The translations under genes and the position numbers were made by a program. Below, piece after piece: positions 39,634 through 55,435 of a DNA stretch of 64,000 bases (its first letter is position 1; every line of letters begins with the position of its first letter). Under the pieces are notes generated by a model that saw only the letters and a program-made list of their open reading frames with translations, was not told the DNA's origin and did no database searches. This DNA comes from Octopus vulgaris (Eukaryota), in contig OX597820.1 of NCBI GenBank assembly GCA_951406725.2, forward strand, positions 68,944,001 to 69,008,000, given 5' to 3'.

Positions 39634-40066
39634 TATGCACATATATTTATACATAATTGTATATATATATACTTACATACATATATATATATATATACAT
39701 ATATATATATTATATATATATATATATATATAACTTAGCGGTTCAGCAAAGGAAACTGATAGAATAAGTACTAGGCTTACAAAGAATAAGTCCTGGGATC
39801 GATTAGCTTGACTAAAGGCGGTGCTCCAGCATGGCCACAGTCAAATGACTGAAACAAGTATAAGAGAATAAAAGAGTAAAAGAGATATATACATACATAT
39901 TTATAAATATGTATAGATATATATTTGTACGTATATATACATGTATATATATATATATATACATTCATTCATACATATATATGTATAAGCATGCTTTCAT
40001 ATATGTACTCATGTATATACATATATGCTTATATATACATGTATTTATATTTATATATATATACTT

Positions 40067-40097
<31 letters not shown>

Positions 40098-40857
40098 TAT
40101 GTACATATATATGCATATGTATATATGTATATACATATATATACACATATATTCAGATATATATGTATATATACATATATATATACATACATACATATAA
40201 CTATATGTACACATATATATGCATATATATTTACACATACATACACACATATATACATATACATAGACATGTATATATATGTATATATATATACATATAT
40301 ACATATATATATACACATATATATATACATATGTATTTATATATATATATATATACATATATACATTCACATATATATATATACATTTATATAGATATTT
40401 ATGTTTATTAGTATATATATATATATATACGTATTTCTTATTAAAATACGTATACACACAATAACACACATAGAGAGGCACAAACTCATATATGCAGAAT
40501 TGTTTCTATCAAGTCATATACATGTATTTACAAACACACACACTCATATATATGTATGTGTGTGTGTGTGTGTGTTCGTGCGCATGTGTGTGTGTAAATT
40601 TGTATGCACACTTCTATATATGTGGGAGTGTCTGCGAGTATATGTATATCTATGTGTGAATTCACGTACGTATCTGTATATTTCTGATTCCTATAACTTC
40701 ATATAGTCCCTGTTTAATATGTATATTTCTCGGTATATAATGGTTCATAAACAAATATGATTCACTCATACGTATATATATATATATTTTTATACATACA
40801 TATACACATATACATATATACATATGCAAATGTATATATACACACATATACATATAC

Positions 40858-40896
<39 letters not shown>

Positions 40897-41574
40897 TATA
40901 TTTATATACATGGATATATATGTATATACGTATATATGCATAATACATTTAAACATACATATATGTATGAATATATATTTTTATATATACATACATAACT
41001 TTATTGCTATATTTATGGCCATTCTTTTATTACTTTATTTTCATTCATTTGACTGCGGCCTTGATTGGGCGCCGTCTTTAATCGAGCAAATCGACCAGAG
41101 GTCTTATTCTTTGTATATTTGAGTACCTATTTTATCGGGTTCGATTGCCGAATCCCTAAGTTATGGGGATGTAGACACACCAGCCTCAGTTGTGAAGCGA
41201 TGGAGTGGGGACAAACTAACAAATATATATATATATATATATATATACATACATATACATACCTATATACATACATATATATATATACACATATGCAGAT
41301 GTAGATACGTACTTCCATATATGTATATATACAAATATACTTATAGACTACATATATATATAAATATACATACAAATGTACGTATGTACATATATCATAA
41401 TCAAGACACACATTTCTACATATATACACATATTTTTAAATAAATATATTTTGCAGATTGAGTGAATGATTGTGCTTATAAAATTTAACAATAACATTTT
41501 TACAACTATATTATATTTATACTAATAATTATACTGATGTATACTCCGATATCATAGGCATTCACCCTAATCCT

Positions 41575-41658
<84 letters not shown>

Positions 41659-41720
41659 CAATAGGTGAATGAATTATCCTATGTTTATCGTCAGCATATA
41701 TATATATGTGTGTGTGTGTG
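37590..41720. repeat. Multi-kb degenerate (TA/CA/TG)n alternating purine-pyrimidine field with embedded SINE B pieces (39731-39885 +, 41025-41222 -)
   Basis: Direct reading. Confidence 0.9.
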
Positions 41721-41927
41721 TGCTTGTATATATGTGTGTGTAGTGGTGTATTTATATATGTAAGTATACTTTGCTATGTGAAGCTAAGTTTTAATTGAAG
41801 TGAAAAATTACACAATACAGTTTACAGTACGTAGCTAATGTTTTTACCATATAAATATTCACATTGATATTTTGAAGGACCGACCTGCCCTCCTCGATTT
41901 CCTGCCGTGTACATATATATATATATA

Positions 41928-42028
<101 letters not shown>

Positions 42029-42768
42029 GTATATATTTATTTATATGCATTTATGCTTATAAATTTCAATTTCGAAAATGTTTGACGTCATCTAATTTTC
42101 TCTGAAGAAGGCAATGATAAACTTCGAATTTAGTGACAGACATTTTTTTATAAGACTTGACAAATATATACTCTATACTGATATACATGTATCTACCTGG
42201 GAGTGTATATATGTGTACGTATTTAAATATGTCCAATACATATATGTGAAGGTTATAATTATTCAGTGTATGTTATAAGCTTCCATATGAAGATAAAGAA
42301 AATATGTTTACGCTTACGCAAGATTTCATTTACTTTACATAATAATGTATTATTTTCCCCACTAGATGCTTTTTACATTATATGATTGATATTTGTGTGT
42401 GTGCATGCGTGTGTGTGTGTTTGCTGTGCGCATGTGTATGTGCGCGTGTGTATGTGCGCGCGTGTGTGCGTAAGTGTGTGTGTGTGCGTACGTGCGTGAG
42501 TAGGTGGGTGTTTGTTTGTATGTGCGTGTGTGTGTATAACCAGTTACGCGTTACCATTCGGTATTCATTTAGCGATCGATCCAAAAAACAAATATATAGA
42601 ACCTACAAACATGAAAATATGTTCGGATTTTATGATAGAAAAACTTTGATTGACTCCAGTAATCTCAAAGAATTGAAATAATCTACAACATATTTTGAAA
42701 CTAATAGTTATTTACGATTCTTACTGAGACTTTGGTAATAGCTTACCACTTATAAGACAGTCTTTCCA

Positions 42769-42892
<124 letters not shown>

Positions 42893-42897
42893 GAATA

Positions 42898-43252
42898 GTG
42901 GTTAATAGTGGCCCAGTGGTTAAGTCAGTAGACTCGCGCAGTCGTACGATAGCGATTTCGATTCCCAAATGGGCATTGTGAGTGTTCATTGAGGGAAAAC
43001 ACCTAAAGCCCTACGAGGCTCCCGCAGGGTGTGGTTGCGAACACTTCTGTACTCTTTAACCACACTTTTCTCTGGCTTTCTTCCGGTTTTTGTTGTACCT
43101 GTATGTCGGAGGGCCAGGCTTGTTACAGTGTGTCACGCTGAATGTCCTCGCGAATTATGTTAAGGGTAAACGCGTCTGTGCAGTGCTCAGCCCCTTGCAC
43201 GTAAATTTCACGAGCAAGCTATTCTCTTGATCGGATCAAATGAAGTGCCTCG
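42898..43252 (+). mobile_element. Old SINE family A copy, tail variant 2
   Basis: Colinear with 21566-21930. Confidence 0.82.
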
Positions 43253-43275
43253 ATTTATTCATATATGTATATAAC

Positions 43276-43311
<36 letters not shown>

Positions 43312-43719
43312 ATCCACTATATGTCATTGACAAATGCCGGGTTTCTTTCAAGATTACTTCTTTTATGCGTGTGTGCTTGTTTTTGTGATTTTTTGCATGA
43401 TATATTTGTATATAGACGTGTATACATATAGAGATATATACATAACATATACATATACATGCGTATATATATATATATATATATACATATATACACATAT
43501 ACATATATACTATACATATATATACATATAAATACACATATATGCATATACATATAACCATATATATATGTACATATTTTCGTACATGGATATATACATA
43601 TACACATGGACACAAACATATCTTTGGACGCACCCAAACACATACACACAGGTATAGTTACTGAGGTGAATATGAATCTTTCTATCTATCTCAGTATATA
43701 GATATATGTATACATATAT

Positions 43720-43760
<41 letters not shown>

Positions 43761-43807
43761 GCTTATAAATACATATATGTATATATATACACACCCGTAT
43801 ATATATG

Positions 43808-43862
<55 letters not shown>

Positions 43863-43937
43863 GCATATATACATATGCACATGCATATGCACATATGTAC
43901 ATACACATTTATATACATATATGTATATATATGTATA

Positions 43938-43969
<32 letters not shown>

Positions 43970-44699
43970 CCTGTATATGCTTATACATGCTTATATATAT
44001 TTATACATTCATTAACATATAAATATACACATGCACACACATAGTTATATACATAAATACTTACATATGTATACATTTGCCATTTGCACTAACTGTGAAA
44101 TACTACAACAAACACTCTTAATATATGCACTTCAATAATATATTCAAGTCCTACTTAGTGTTGTGGATACGTAGATATAATTTGAGACATAATAGTTATT
44201 TACGATTCTTACTGAGACTTTGGTAATAGCTTACCACTTATAATACAGTCATTCCATTCATATATTGATTGTCTTTTATACGTTTTCAAAATTCATTACA
44301 AACATGTCATTGTCTTCTAATTCTTATTTGTATTTTGATGCTTTTAGATCGTGGTATCACGGTGCTAATATTGTGCTACTTATCGAAATAAAATTAATAG
44401 ATATTCTTAGAGAATGCCTGATCACTTAATTGTCTAATTGCCTTTGTCTTTTTTCCAAGCAGACAAATACTTATATTTTCAAAACTTATATTTGCTTATT
44501 TTTATGTTTGATTGTTCGTGTGTACGCGCCTGTGTAGGATGCTTTAGGATGATGATGGTGGTGGTGGTGGTGGTGGTGTGGTTGGTGGTGGCGGTGGTGT
44601 GTGTGTGTGTGTGAGTGTTTCAGGATGCAGACTCAAAATATTAGCTTCATAAAGGACAATGACCGGAAATATCAGCCTTGAATTAGTCTGTAACTTGTG

Positions 44700-44770
<71 letters not shown>

Positions 44771-44815
44771 CATCATCATTATTGTTGTTGTTGTTATTAT
44801 TATTATTATTATAGA

Positions 44816-45037
44816 AGGCAGTGAGCTGGCAGAAGAGTTAGCACGCCTTGAGAAATGCTTAGCTGTATTTCGCCCGTTTCTACGTCCTGAGATCAATTTC
44901 CGCCGAGGTTGACTTTGCCTTTCATCCTTTTGTGGTCGATGAATTAATTACCAGTCGAGTGCTGGGGTGGGTGTAATCGACTATCCCCATCACCCCAAAT
45001 TTCAGGCCTTGTGTCTATAGTAGGAAAGATTATTATT
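44816..45037 (+). mobile_element. Full-length SINE family C
   Basis: AAGGCAGTGAGCTGGCAGAA head through GGAAAGATTATTATT tail. Confidence 0.88.
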
Positions 45038-45253
45038 AATCTTTTCGACTAAAGGCACAAGGCCTGATATTTGGGGGAGGTTCAAGTCGATTTCATCAAC
45101 CCAAGTAGTCAACTGGTACTTATTTTATTGACCCCGAAGGGATGAAAGGCAAAGTCGACCTCGGCGGAATTTGAACTCAGAACGTAGAGACGGGTGAAAT
45201 ACCGGTAAGCATTTTGCCCGGCGTGCTAAGGTTTTTACCATTTCGCCACTTTA
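45038..45253 (-). mobile_element. Full-length SINE family C, tail-to-tail with the previous copy
   Basis: Reverse complement is colinear with 44816-45033. Confidence 0.88.
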
Positions 45254-45546
45254 AATAATGATAATAATAATAATAATAATAACAATAATAATAATTTATG
45301 TATTTATTTATATTACTAACAATATAAATTCTTGCAAATTCTGGTCCAAGACCAACTATTTCGGAGCGGAGTACGCCGATTATATAGCACCCCGTTGGAT
45401 TCATGGTACTGCTTGTGATTGTCACAGTCTCACTCTCGGGAATTTGGATTGCGAGGATTCATGCATATTCATGAATCTCTTTCTCTCTCTCTCTTTCTCT
45501 GTCTTTGTCTCTGTCTCTGTCTCTCTCTTTCTCTCTCTCTCTCTTT

Positions 45547-45631
<85 letters not shown>

Positions 45632-45849
45632 TGCGCGTGCGTACATGTGTGTGTGTAAACTTCATGAATCAGAGATTCGAGGTATGCGTTTGAACAATTC
45701 TCAATCCACACATTTGATGTTTGTACAAAAAATTAAATATCTTTATTATATTTAAATATATTAATAGACTATCCAGAAACCATCTTCTTACAGTCCCGAA
45801 ACTTTAGAAAACCAAAAATTCATTCACCGATTTATAACAACAAAATTTA

Positions 45850-46250
45850 CTGAATGTGTAACACAGGCAAAGAAAATTCTTATTTTCTCGATTCAAGGCT
45901 ATCCAAAATCCAACGCTTCTGTATTTTATGTATTTCACAAACTGTCGTTCAAGTGTATATTCTAAAATAGTGTTTGCCTGAGAATTATTGATTTTATCGT
46001 TTCAAGTATTGCTATTGTTTAAATATTTTATTTTCTGAGAGAAAGGTACGCCATACAGAATATCAGGATTTATGAAAGAGTGTATGTGTTGATTGAATTC
46101 AACTTTGAATGCGTCATCCAAGATGATAAAATATTTCCAAGCAAGATTGTTACCTCTAAAAATTATTTCATACGATAAAGTATCGACTTCCAAAAGGAAA
46201 TTTATGGTCCAATATATTTTACTTGGTCAGAGTAAAGTGAATGTATATAA
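45850..46250 (-). pseudogene. Penelope-like GIY-YIG endonuclease relic
   Basis: ORF 46002-46193 KYFIILDDAFKVEFNQHIHSFINP..FSQKIKYL resembles the PLE pattern YIG.T...FK.RF.QH..SF..LS..I..L. Confidence 0.45.
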
Positions 46251-46253
46251 CTT

Positions 46254-46290
<37 letters not shown>

Positions 46291-46399
46291 GTGTGTTCGT
46301 GTGTGAATCGATCAAAACTTAGAATGAGTGAAATTTTACAGTTTACTTGCATTTCAAATGTACTTTCATGTTGTACAACAAAATTTCAGGTAAACCATT

Positions 46400-47535
46400 A
46401 CATAGTAATCGTAATTGCATTTCAGTGAATATTTATAAAGTGGCAATTAGAAAACCTAAGTGACGTGGTTATATGCTTGCAATATACCAACAAATTATAT
46501 ATGAATGCTATATTATTACTCGTTATGAATAACTTTTGTAATTCTGAACTTCAGATTTCACTACAGACATGAACATTATAACATAACATTGTTAAATAAT
46601 TTATTATATTATTGTATCCAATTACCGAATGATTCCACAAGGGGATCTGTCTGATTTTAGTTTCCTTGTTACTGGACTCTGCGCGTCCTTATAATAAGTT
46701 TTCAGTCTACCCAAGGTACATTTTACACATGTCTGACTTTGGATACAGAATATCAGAATTCTACTTTTACGTTCCATGTTTGTGATTGTGAAACCATTTC
46801 TTTCAGTCTTTCTGTTGATATAATAATCATTAAGTTTAAACTGATATGTACAATAACGATTGTCATCACATTTCCATGGAGAGAATATTATTTTATTTTA
46901 TCGTTGTTGCTTAAATCAAACTTCACATTTTGTCAACAATCATTACAAGATATTGAGTTACCATTTGCTTCGAAATAGCGTTCGATTGATAGCGATTTTG
47001 TTTAATCCATTACTTTGTCTGATAATAGGTAAATTAGATGTGATATTATAAAAAATATTATTACATATATTAAGTACGAATTCAAAGGGTAATGTATCCC
47101 GTGATTGTTTTCTTCATTCTTGCATCTCTTAAAGTTTGATATTATTTTTCTGTGTTCTTATACTATATATCCGTTGTAAAATTGTTTATTCTCTCACTCA
47201 CATACATGGCGAGAAATGTCAATTTTGTAGTCCACGCATCTCTGTGATTTTCAATTTCGCATAAATAGTTTAGAAGGAATATTAAAACTATGAACGTTTC
47301 TATAGATCTTGTTCAAATTAGAAAATAGTCATCAAGGAATCATTTCTCTAAGTCCTCTCTGTATCTCGAAAAATCAGTAGGAGAATTTTCCTTTACTTTT
47401 TACTTGTTTCATGCATCCCATAACTGAATTGGCATATACTGGGGCCAACATGGTTCCCATTGTTGTACCACTGATTTCTTAATAAATTTTTACGTTGCAA
47501 AAGAGAGTAATATTCTCAAAAATATACCTTACAGC

Positions 47536-47567
<32 letters not shown>

Positions 47568-47900
47568 CGTATGTATGTATGTATGTATGTATGTATATAC
47601 ATGTGTAGTCGATGTCTTCTATACATTTATTGCTATTATTACATAATCATGTACCACATGTTTTTGAGGCATACTACGTCAGAATTAACTAAAGATACCG
47701 CAGAGCGTACTTTAATGTTTTCATATTCTAAACCATAATCCTCACGTCACATTTACATACATACAGGTGCTGCTGATATAAAATATGAATATAATCGTTT
47801 TCCAGATGAAAAATATGCACAAAGGTGAAAATATAATTATGTTACAATTACAATGTCTTGTATTATACCGTCATAATTTTACGAACTGTGAACTATACAT
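46400..47900 (-). pseudogene. Penelope-like RT relic
   Basis: Minus strand IY*EISGTTMGTMLAPVYANSVMG (~47420-47490), K*FLDDYFLI (~47315-47345), TTDI*YK (~47155-47180). Outer limits uncertain. Confidence 0.75.
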
Positions 47901-48038
47901 TTACATATGCCATCTATCTATCTATCGACCAACCAATCTATATATCCATCTAACTATCATCTGATAGATAGTTAGATAAATAGCTATATGGATACATAGA
48001 GAGATAGAGAGCTATGCATATATATGCAGACACACATA

Positions 48039-48069
<31 letters not shown>

Positions 48070-48181
48070 GGTGAGTGTGTCTGTGTGTGTGCTATATGTG
48101 TGTATATGTATGTAATAAACTTTTACTATACAAGGATATGCATAATCATACATACTTACATATAGATAGATACACACAAAC

Positions 48182-48234
<53 letters not shown>

Positions 48235-48499
48235 TATATAGTTAAGTTAAAATACTTTTTTGGCTCAAAAGGCAAAAAGCAAGGCCATGTAGGGGGACAT
48301 GGAGTTTATTATATATATATATTATAAATATATATAATATATGTATATATTAAGGTTAGGGTTAAAGTTAGGTTTTGTATACACATATATCATTTGTATA
48401 TTTACATACATACACATGGATATCTATAACTATATATTGGTATATGTACATATAAATATATATCTTTATATCTATCTATCTCTCTATATATCTATACAT

Positions 48500-48543
<44 letters not shown>

Positions 48544-48745
48544 GGATACATGCATATGTGCACGGATATATATATATTAATATATATATCTATATGTGTG
48601 TATATATTTAGACATATACAAATATGTATATGTGTGTGTTCATATATATACATATATATGTGTATGTATATACATACAAATATATATGCATGTGTGGTAT
48701 GTTTATATATTTATATATATACATTATATATATACATTTATATAT

Positions 48746-48922
48746 ATTTCAAAGGGCCGGCCTTGTCACTCTCTGTGTCACGCTGAATATCCCCGAGAAC
48801 TACGTTAAGGGTACACGTGTCTGTGGAGTGCTCAGCCACTTACACGTTAATTTCACGAGCAGGCTGTTCCGTTGATCGGATCAACCGGAACCCTCGTCGT
48901 CGTAACCGACGGAGTGCTTCCA
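48746..48922 (+). mobile_element. 5'-truncated young SINE A tail variant 2
   Basis: Almost identical to 21774-21950. Confidence 0.9.
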
Positions 48923-48923
48923 C

Positions 48924-48990
<67 letters not shown>

Positions 48991-49050
48991 ACATAAATGC
49001 AGGTGTATATATACATATATATATACATGTATTATATATATATATACATA

Positions 49051-49456
49051 TAGGCGCAGGAGTAGCTGTGTGGTAAGTAGCTTGTTAACCAGGCACATGG
49101 TTCCGGGTTCAGTCCCACTGCGTGGCACCTTGGTCAGGTGTCTTGTTCTATAGCCTCGGGCCGACCAAATTCTTGTGAGTGGGTTTGGTAGACGGAAACT
49201 GAAAGAAGCCCGTCGTTTATATGTATATATATATATGTGTGTGTTTGTGTATCTGTGTTTGTCCCCCTAGCATTGCTTGACAACCGATGCTGGTGTGTTT
49301 ACGTCCCTGTAACTTAACGGTTCGGCAAAAGAGACCGATAGAATAAGTACTGGGCTTACAAAAGAATAAGTCCCGGGGTCGAGTTGCTCGACTAAAGGCG
49401 GTGCCCCAGCATGGCCGCAGTCATAGGACTGAAACAAGTAAAAGAGTAAAAGAGTA
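49051..49456 (+). mobile_element. Full-length young SINE family B
   Basis: TAGGCGCAGGAGTAGCTGTGTGGTAAG head to GTAAAAGAGTAAAAGAGTA tail. Confidence 0.92.
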
Positions 49457-49534
49457 TATATGTACACATATATGTTTATGCGTATACATATATACACATA
49501 CGTATATTTCTGTATACATCTATATATTTATGTT

Positions 49535-49584
<50 letters not shown>

Positions 49585-49833
49585 TATTTCTACATACTAC
49601 ACATATACACTTGCATATATATATATATATACATATATACTTATACATATACATATGTATATACATATGTACATATATGTATATGTGTATATGTATACAT
49701 ATATATTTATATATATACACATATACATACATATACGTATGCAAATATACATATACTTATGTATATGTATATGCGTATATACATTTGTATATGCGTATAC
49801 ATAGATACATATGTGTATATATGCATATACATA

Positions 49834-49911
<78 letters not shown>

Positions 49912-50006
49912 TATATATATATATATATGTATTTAGACATATACGCACATATGAACATCTATAGAAATATTTATATGTACACATATATATATATATAATC
50001 ATATAT

Positions 50007-50063
<57 letters not shown>

Positions 50064-50215
50064 GATTTACACTCACATATATATATATACGCATGTATAT
50101 ATAGATTGATACATATATTGGTATATATAAACATACATACATATATATATATATTTGCATAGATGCATATATACATATAAATATATATATAGTTACATGG
50201 ATATATATATGCGAA

Positions 50216-50282
<67 letters not shown>

Positions 50283-50548
50283 ATATATATATCGATATAT
50301 ATATATATCTATAAATCAATATATATATATGCATATATATACACACATATATGTATAAATATGTATTATACACATATAAATATTTATGTATGTATATATA
50401 TATATATATGTATACATATTTGTATATATATACATGTATCTATTTCTCTTTATATATGTATGTATGTATATGTAGCTGTGTATATAACCATATATATATG
50501 TGTGTGTGTGTATATGTATCCTATATACATTCATGTATACATATGTAT

Positions 50549-50634
<86 letters not shown>

Positions 50635-50887
50635 GTATATATATATATACATATATATATACAGATATATACACAAACATCTATACATATATATATGCAT
50701 ATACATATATGCATATATATATATACATACATATACACATATGCATATATATATACATATATTCGCATATAGTTACATATGTACATATATATATGTTTAT
50801 GGATATGTACACCCACCCACATATACACACACATATATTTACCTACATATACTTATTCATGTATACATATTCATATATATATATATT

Positions 50888-50922
<35 letters not shown>

Positions 50923-51015
50923 GCACAAACACTCTGATATATATTTGTATGTATGTATGTATGTATGCATGTGTTCATGCATGTATGTATGTATGTTTGT
51001 ATGTATGTATACATT
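49457..51015. repeat. Degenerate (TA/CA/TG)n field
   Basis: Direct reading. Confidence 0.92.
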
Positions 51016-51460
51016 AATCACACACAAACTTATTCTCGTTTTCAGTTCTTGACTTTCTTCAATCACTCTAAATCCTCATTTTATTATCATCATCACCATC
51101 ACGATATTATAATTTCTCCCCTGCCTGGTGTTCTGAGTACATTATTCTATTAACTTTCTGTGGGTGTGTGGGTGTACTTTTGTGTGTTTGAGTGTGTGTG
51201 TATGCTTGCGTATATGTCTGTATCTCTGTCTGTGCTTATCCTGTATATTTGAATGCATATATTTTTTTATATTCTATATATACATAAGTATATAGGCAAT
51301 GATGTACATAATTATATATGGGTACTTGCCAGCCATTTATGTTACTGCAAATGAGTGTGGGCCTATGCTTGAATGTGGGTGAACGTGTTTGTGTATCATC
51401 ATAACACAGCTATTTTCTCGTCACTGATTTTACTTCCTCATTCCTAAATAGTACATATAA

Positions 51461-51528
<68 letters not shown>

Positions 51529-51548
51529 TATATATATATATATATGCA

Positions 51549-51918
51549 TCACTCATTTCACTGCGGCCATGCTGGAGCGCCGCCTTTAGTCGAATATATC
51601 GACCCCAGACTTATTCTTTCTAAGCCTAGACTTTATTCAATCATTCCCTTTTGCCGAACCGCTAATTCAGGGAGTCGTAAACACACCAAGATATCTTGTC
51701 AAGCGATGGTGAGTAGACACCCCCCATACACACACACACACCACACACACATATATATACGACGGACTTCTTTTAGTTTCCGTCTACGAAATCCACCCAC
51801 AAGGCCTTGGTCAGCCGGGAGGCTGTAGTAGAAGACACTTATCGAAGGTGCCACTCAGTAGGACTGAACCCAGAACCATGTGGTGGGTAAGCAAGCTACT
51901 TGCCACACAGCCACTCAC
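51549..51918 (-). mobile_element. SINE family B copy
   Basis: Colinear with the reverse complement of 49051-49430. Confidence 0.83.
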
Positions 51919-51961
51919 GTACCACTTTCCTCCCTACCTACACACGTAACAATTTGACACG

Positions 51962-52019
<58 letters not shown>

Positions 52020-53171
52020 CTACAAAAGTGTACCCACTCTGTCAATCTACTTTCCTACAAACAAGCATGTAGAAAGTTTTCAAAGCAAACACTTTCAAAC
52101 GAAGTAACATTCTACATTCTTTATAAATCTGACGTAATCTAGAAAACATTCGGACATTGTTCTAAATGGTAAACCAACTCTTTCTCAGACTTGTGGAAAT
52201 TTCTGGACATTGGTATTGGCTGAGCTCTGTTTGTTTCCCCACCTTTACTTTCGCTCTCTCTTGTATTTTTCTCATCAAACAAACTCTCATTCTGTTTCTG
52301 GTCTTTTAAATATACTTTCATTCAATTCATTGTTTCAAATATCACACACGGGCGCGCGCGCGCGCAGAAGCTAATACAGACATTCACAGACAGGCGATCG
52401 TAAATACATATACGCGATGATACACACTCAGAGCACGAACAGGCGCGCACACATATACACACATGTATATACACGTGTATGTGTGTTCATGTATAAATAT
52501 AGATAAACAAACGTCCATATATTTACATTAGGATGCATTAACTTATAGACGCATATGCATACATATACACATATATCTATGTATACCTAGAGAAAAACAT
52601 ACACATACACATACATGCATACATGCATACATACACTAAAGCATACATACACACACTTATGTAGTATGAATGTATATGGATGTGTGTATGACAATTAAGC
52701 GCTTTAATTAGCCTCGTTTTCAACGCTGATCTAACTCTCACATTCTAACTAAATATACTATTCCAAACGAAATCGTAGATTATAATGTGAATATTTACTT
52801 ATTACTATATAATTGCCGCTGCTGTTAATTCACTGCTGCTTTTGATAAACAACCGGATTTGCTACATAGATTCTTTGAGAAATTTTACATCATTCCATCA
52901 AACACGGACTACCGATTCTTTCTCAAGCGAAGCATATATGTTCATATATGTGTGTGTATGCCTGCATGCGTGTGTGTGTGGGTGAGTATGTGTGCATGTG
53001 TGTGTGCGTGTGTACACTTGTGTGTATAGACATACAAACATACAACACTATACTTTATAAGACATTCTACAGTCATAGTGCTCTTTCCCATCTCCCGACA
53101 CCCTCTCTTTTGTCTTCAATTTGCCTTCCCTACAAAATCTCTCGCTTTCTTCTCTCTTTCTCTCTCTCTAT

Positions 53172-53215
<44 letters not shown>

Positions 53216-53282
53216 TTAAAGTTAAACATATACGTAGGTGTGTATGTATTTATGTATGTATGTATCTATCTATCGATCTACA

Positions 53283-53348
<66 letters not shown>

Positions 53349-53367
53349 CTATCTATCTCTCTATCTA

Positions 53368-53412
<45 letters not shown>

Positions 53413-53622
53413 ATATATATATATATCTATCTGCATATATATCGTTGTAAGCATATATGTATGTACTGTAAGCGGTATATTTCACTAGCCTTTCAACTTA
53501 AGTGTTGAATATTTGAAAGCTGAAAACATCGAACTCCAAAAAACTGTTCACCATGTTATAAATTAAAGCCCAATTTTTACAATACGCATTTCAAAACTTC
53601 TTTACGCCGGTCTGTAAATATT

Positions 53623-53742
<120 letters not shown>

Positions 53743-54047
53743 TAGATGTATGCCACTGAACCACTCAAGATTAAACACTAATATCTAAGCATTAACTAAG
53801 CCTATTTGGTTGAACTATGAAGAAAACCAAACGATATAATGTTAGTGGTTCTCACAAACTAAGAATCCATAAATATTTTCCACTTTACAAGAATGAAGGA
53901 CAACTCAGAGTAAGAAGACTACGTACGATACAAGAAATTCACAATAAAGCATCACATATGTGTATCTCCATCATACATAAATGTGCGTGTGTATATGTGT
54001 GAGTGTGTATGTGTGGGTGTGTATGTGTACATGTATATACCTATATT

Positions 54048-54095
<48 letters not shown>

Positions 54096-54129
54096 TATAT
54101 ACATATAAATATATATATAAATATATATG

Positions 54130-54202
<73 letters not shown>

Positions 54203-54872
54203 GTATATATATATATGCGTGTGTGTGTGCGTGTATTTACTCGCCCACTTTAAACACGATTATTTCTCTCTTTATTCTCTCTCTCCCAACACACACACAT
54301 CTATCTATCTACCTATCTATCTATCTATCCATCTATCTATCCATCTATCTATCTATCAATATATATATATATATATATATATGGCGGAAATTATTCCAAG
54401 TACCAGAATATGAACATTCAATACCTTGTGTAAAGGGATTATTCTTATAATAATGCGATGTATTATAGATAAGTATTATTACTTTTCCAGGACTTAAAAT
54501 TTTATGCTACATGGAACATTCAGCAAATGGTATGTGACCGAAGAGACGCTCTCTGCATATCACTCTGTGAGTGTTTATGTGTGTGTATGTATGTGCGTGT
54601 GTGTGTTTGCTTGTATGTATCTATACAGTTAGTTAGATAGACAGATAAATAGCAAAGAAGAGAGACACAGAGACATGGTTGCCTATAAGCATGCTTACAT
54701 AATTTATATGAATTTTTTGTCCAGTTATGTATACAGGTAGCTGTCTATCCCTCTATCCACCCATCGATCTACCTGTCTGTCAATCTATCTTTCTGTCTAA
54801 CTACATATCTCTCTATCCTTTTATCACTTTATCCACCAATCTACCTACGTATCTGTCTATGCCATTTATTTT

Positions 54873-54939
<67 letters not shown>

Positions 54940-54941
<2 letters not shown>

Positions 54942-55151
54942 TTCTGTGATACACGATCCCTATTGATCGGCATGCTTTTTCTTTCACGATCCCTTTTGAA
55001 CGGAATTCGCCTCCCCAACTTTTTTTCTTTTCACGATCCCTTTTGATCGGAATTCGTCCCCCCTTTTCCCCACTTCTCTTCTTCCCAAAATGAAAAGCTC
55101 TACTTTGTATTTTGTCCCTTCTGTGTTCAGCCCCGCGTGGCCAATTAAGAA

Positions 55152-55152
<1 letters not shown>
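54940..55152 (+). mobile_element. LINE 3' UTR fragment (Tx1/L1-like) within (TATC)n
   Basis: Homologous to 55673-55886; ACGATCCCTTTTGATCG repeats; ends AATTAAGAAA then (TCTA)n. Confidence 0.65.
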
Positions 55153-55222
<70 letters not shown>

Positions 55223-55300
55223 CATTAGTTTACCTATCTATTTATCTATCTATATGTCTGTCTGTCTATCTGTGTATCAATCTATCTGCCTGTGTTGTTG

Positions 55301-55375
<75 letters not shown>

Positions 55376-55435
55376 GTCTGTCTGTCTGTCTGTCTGCTTA
55401 TTTACCCATCTATCTATATATCTATCTATCTGTCT

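Noticed and set aside
42102-42132. CTGAAGAAGG...CTTCGAAT hammerhead-like motif
   Set aside because: No convincing stems or cleavage triplet, and no homology to the other units.
48350-48373. Telomere-like TTAAGG TTAGGG TTAAAG TTAGGT
   Set aside because: Only one perfect unit; too short to call an interstitial telomere.
52350-52366. (CG)n run with Z-DNA potential
   Set aside because: Short extension of a (CA)n microsatellite, common in this context.
54952-55055. Spaced CACGATCCC..TTGA repeats resembling CRISPR
   Set aside because: Three short imperfect repeats with pyrimidine spacers inside a LINE 3' UTR in a eukaryote; no cas genes.
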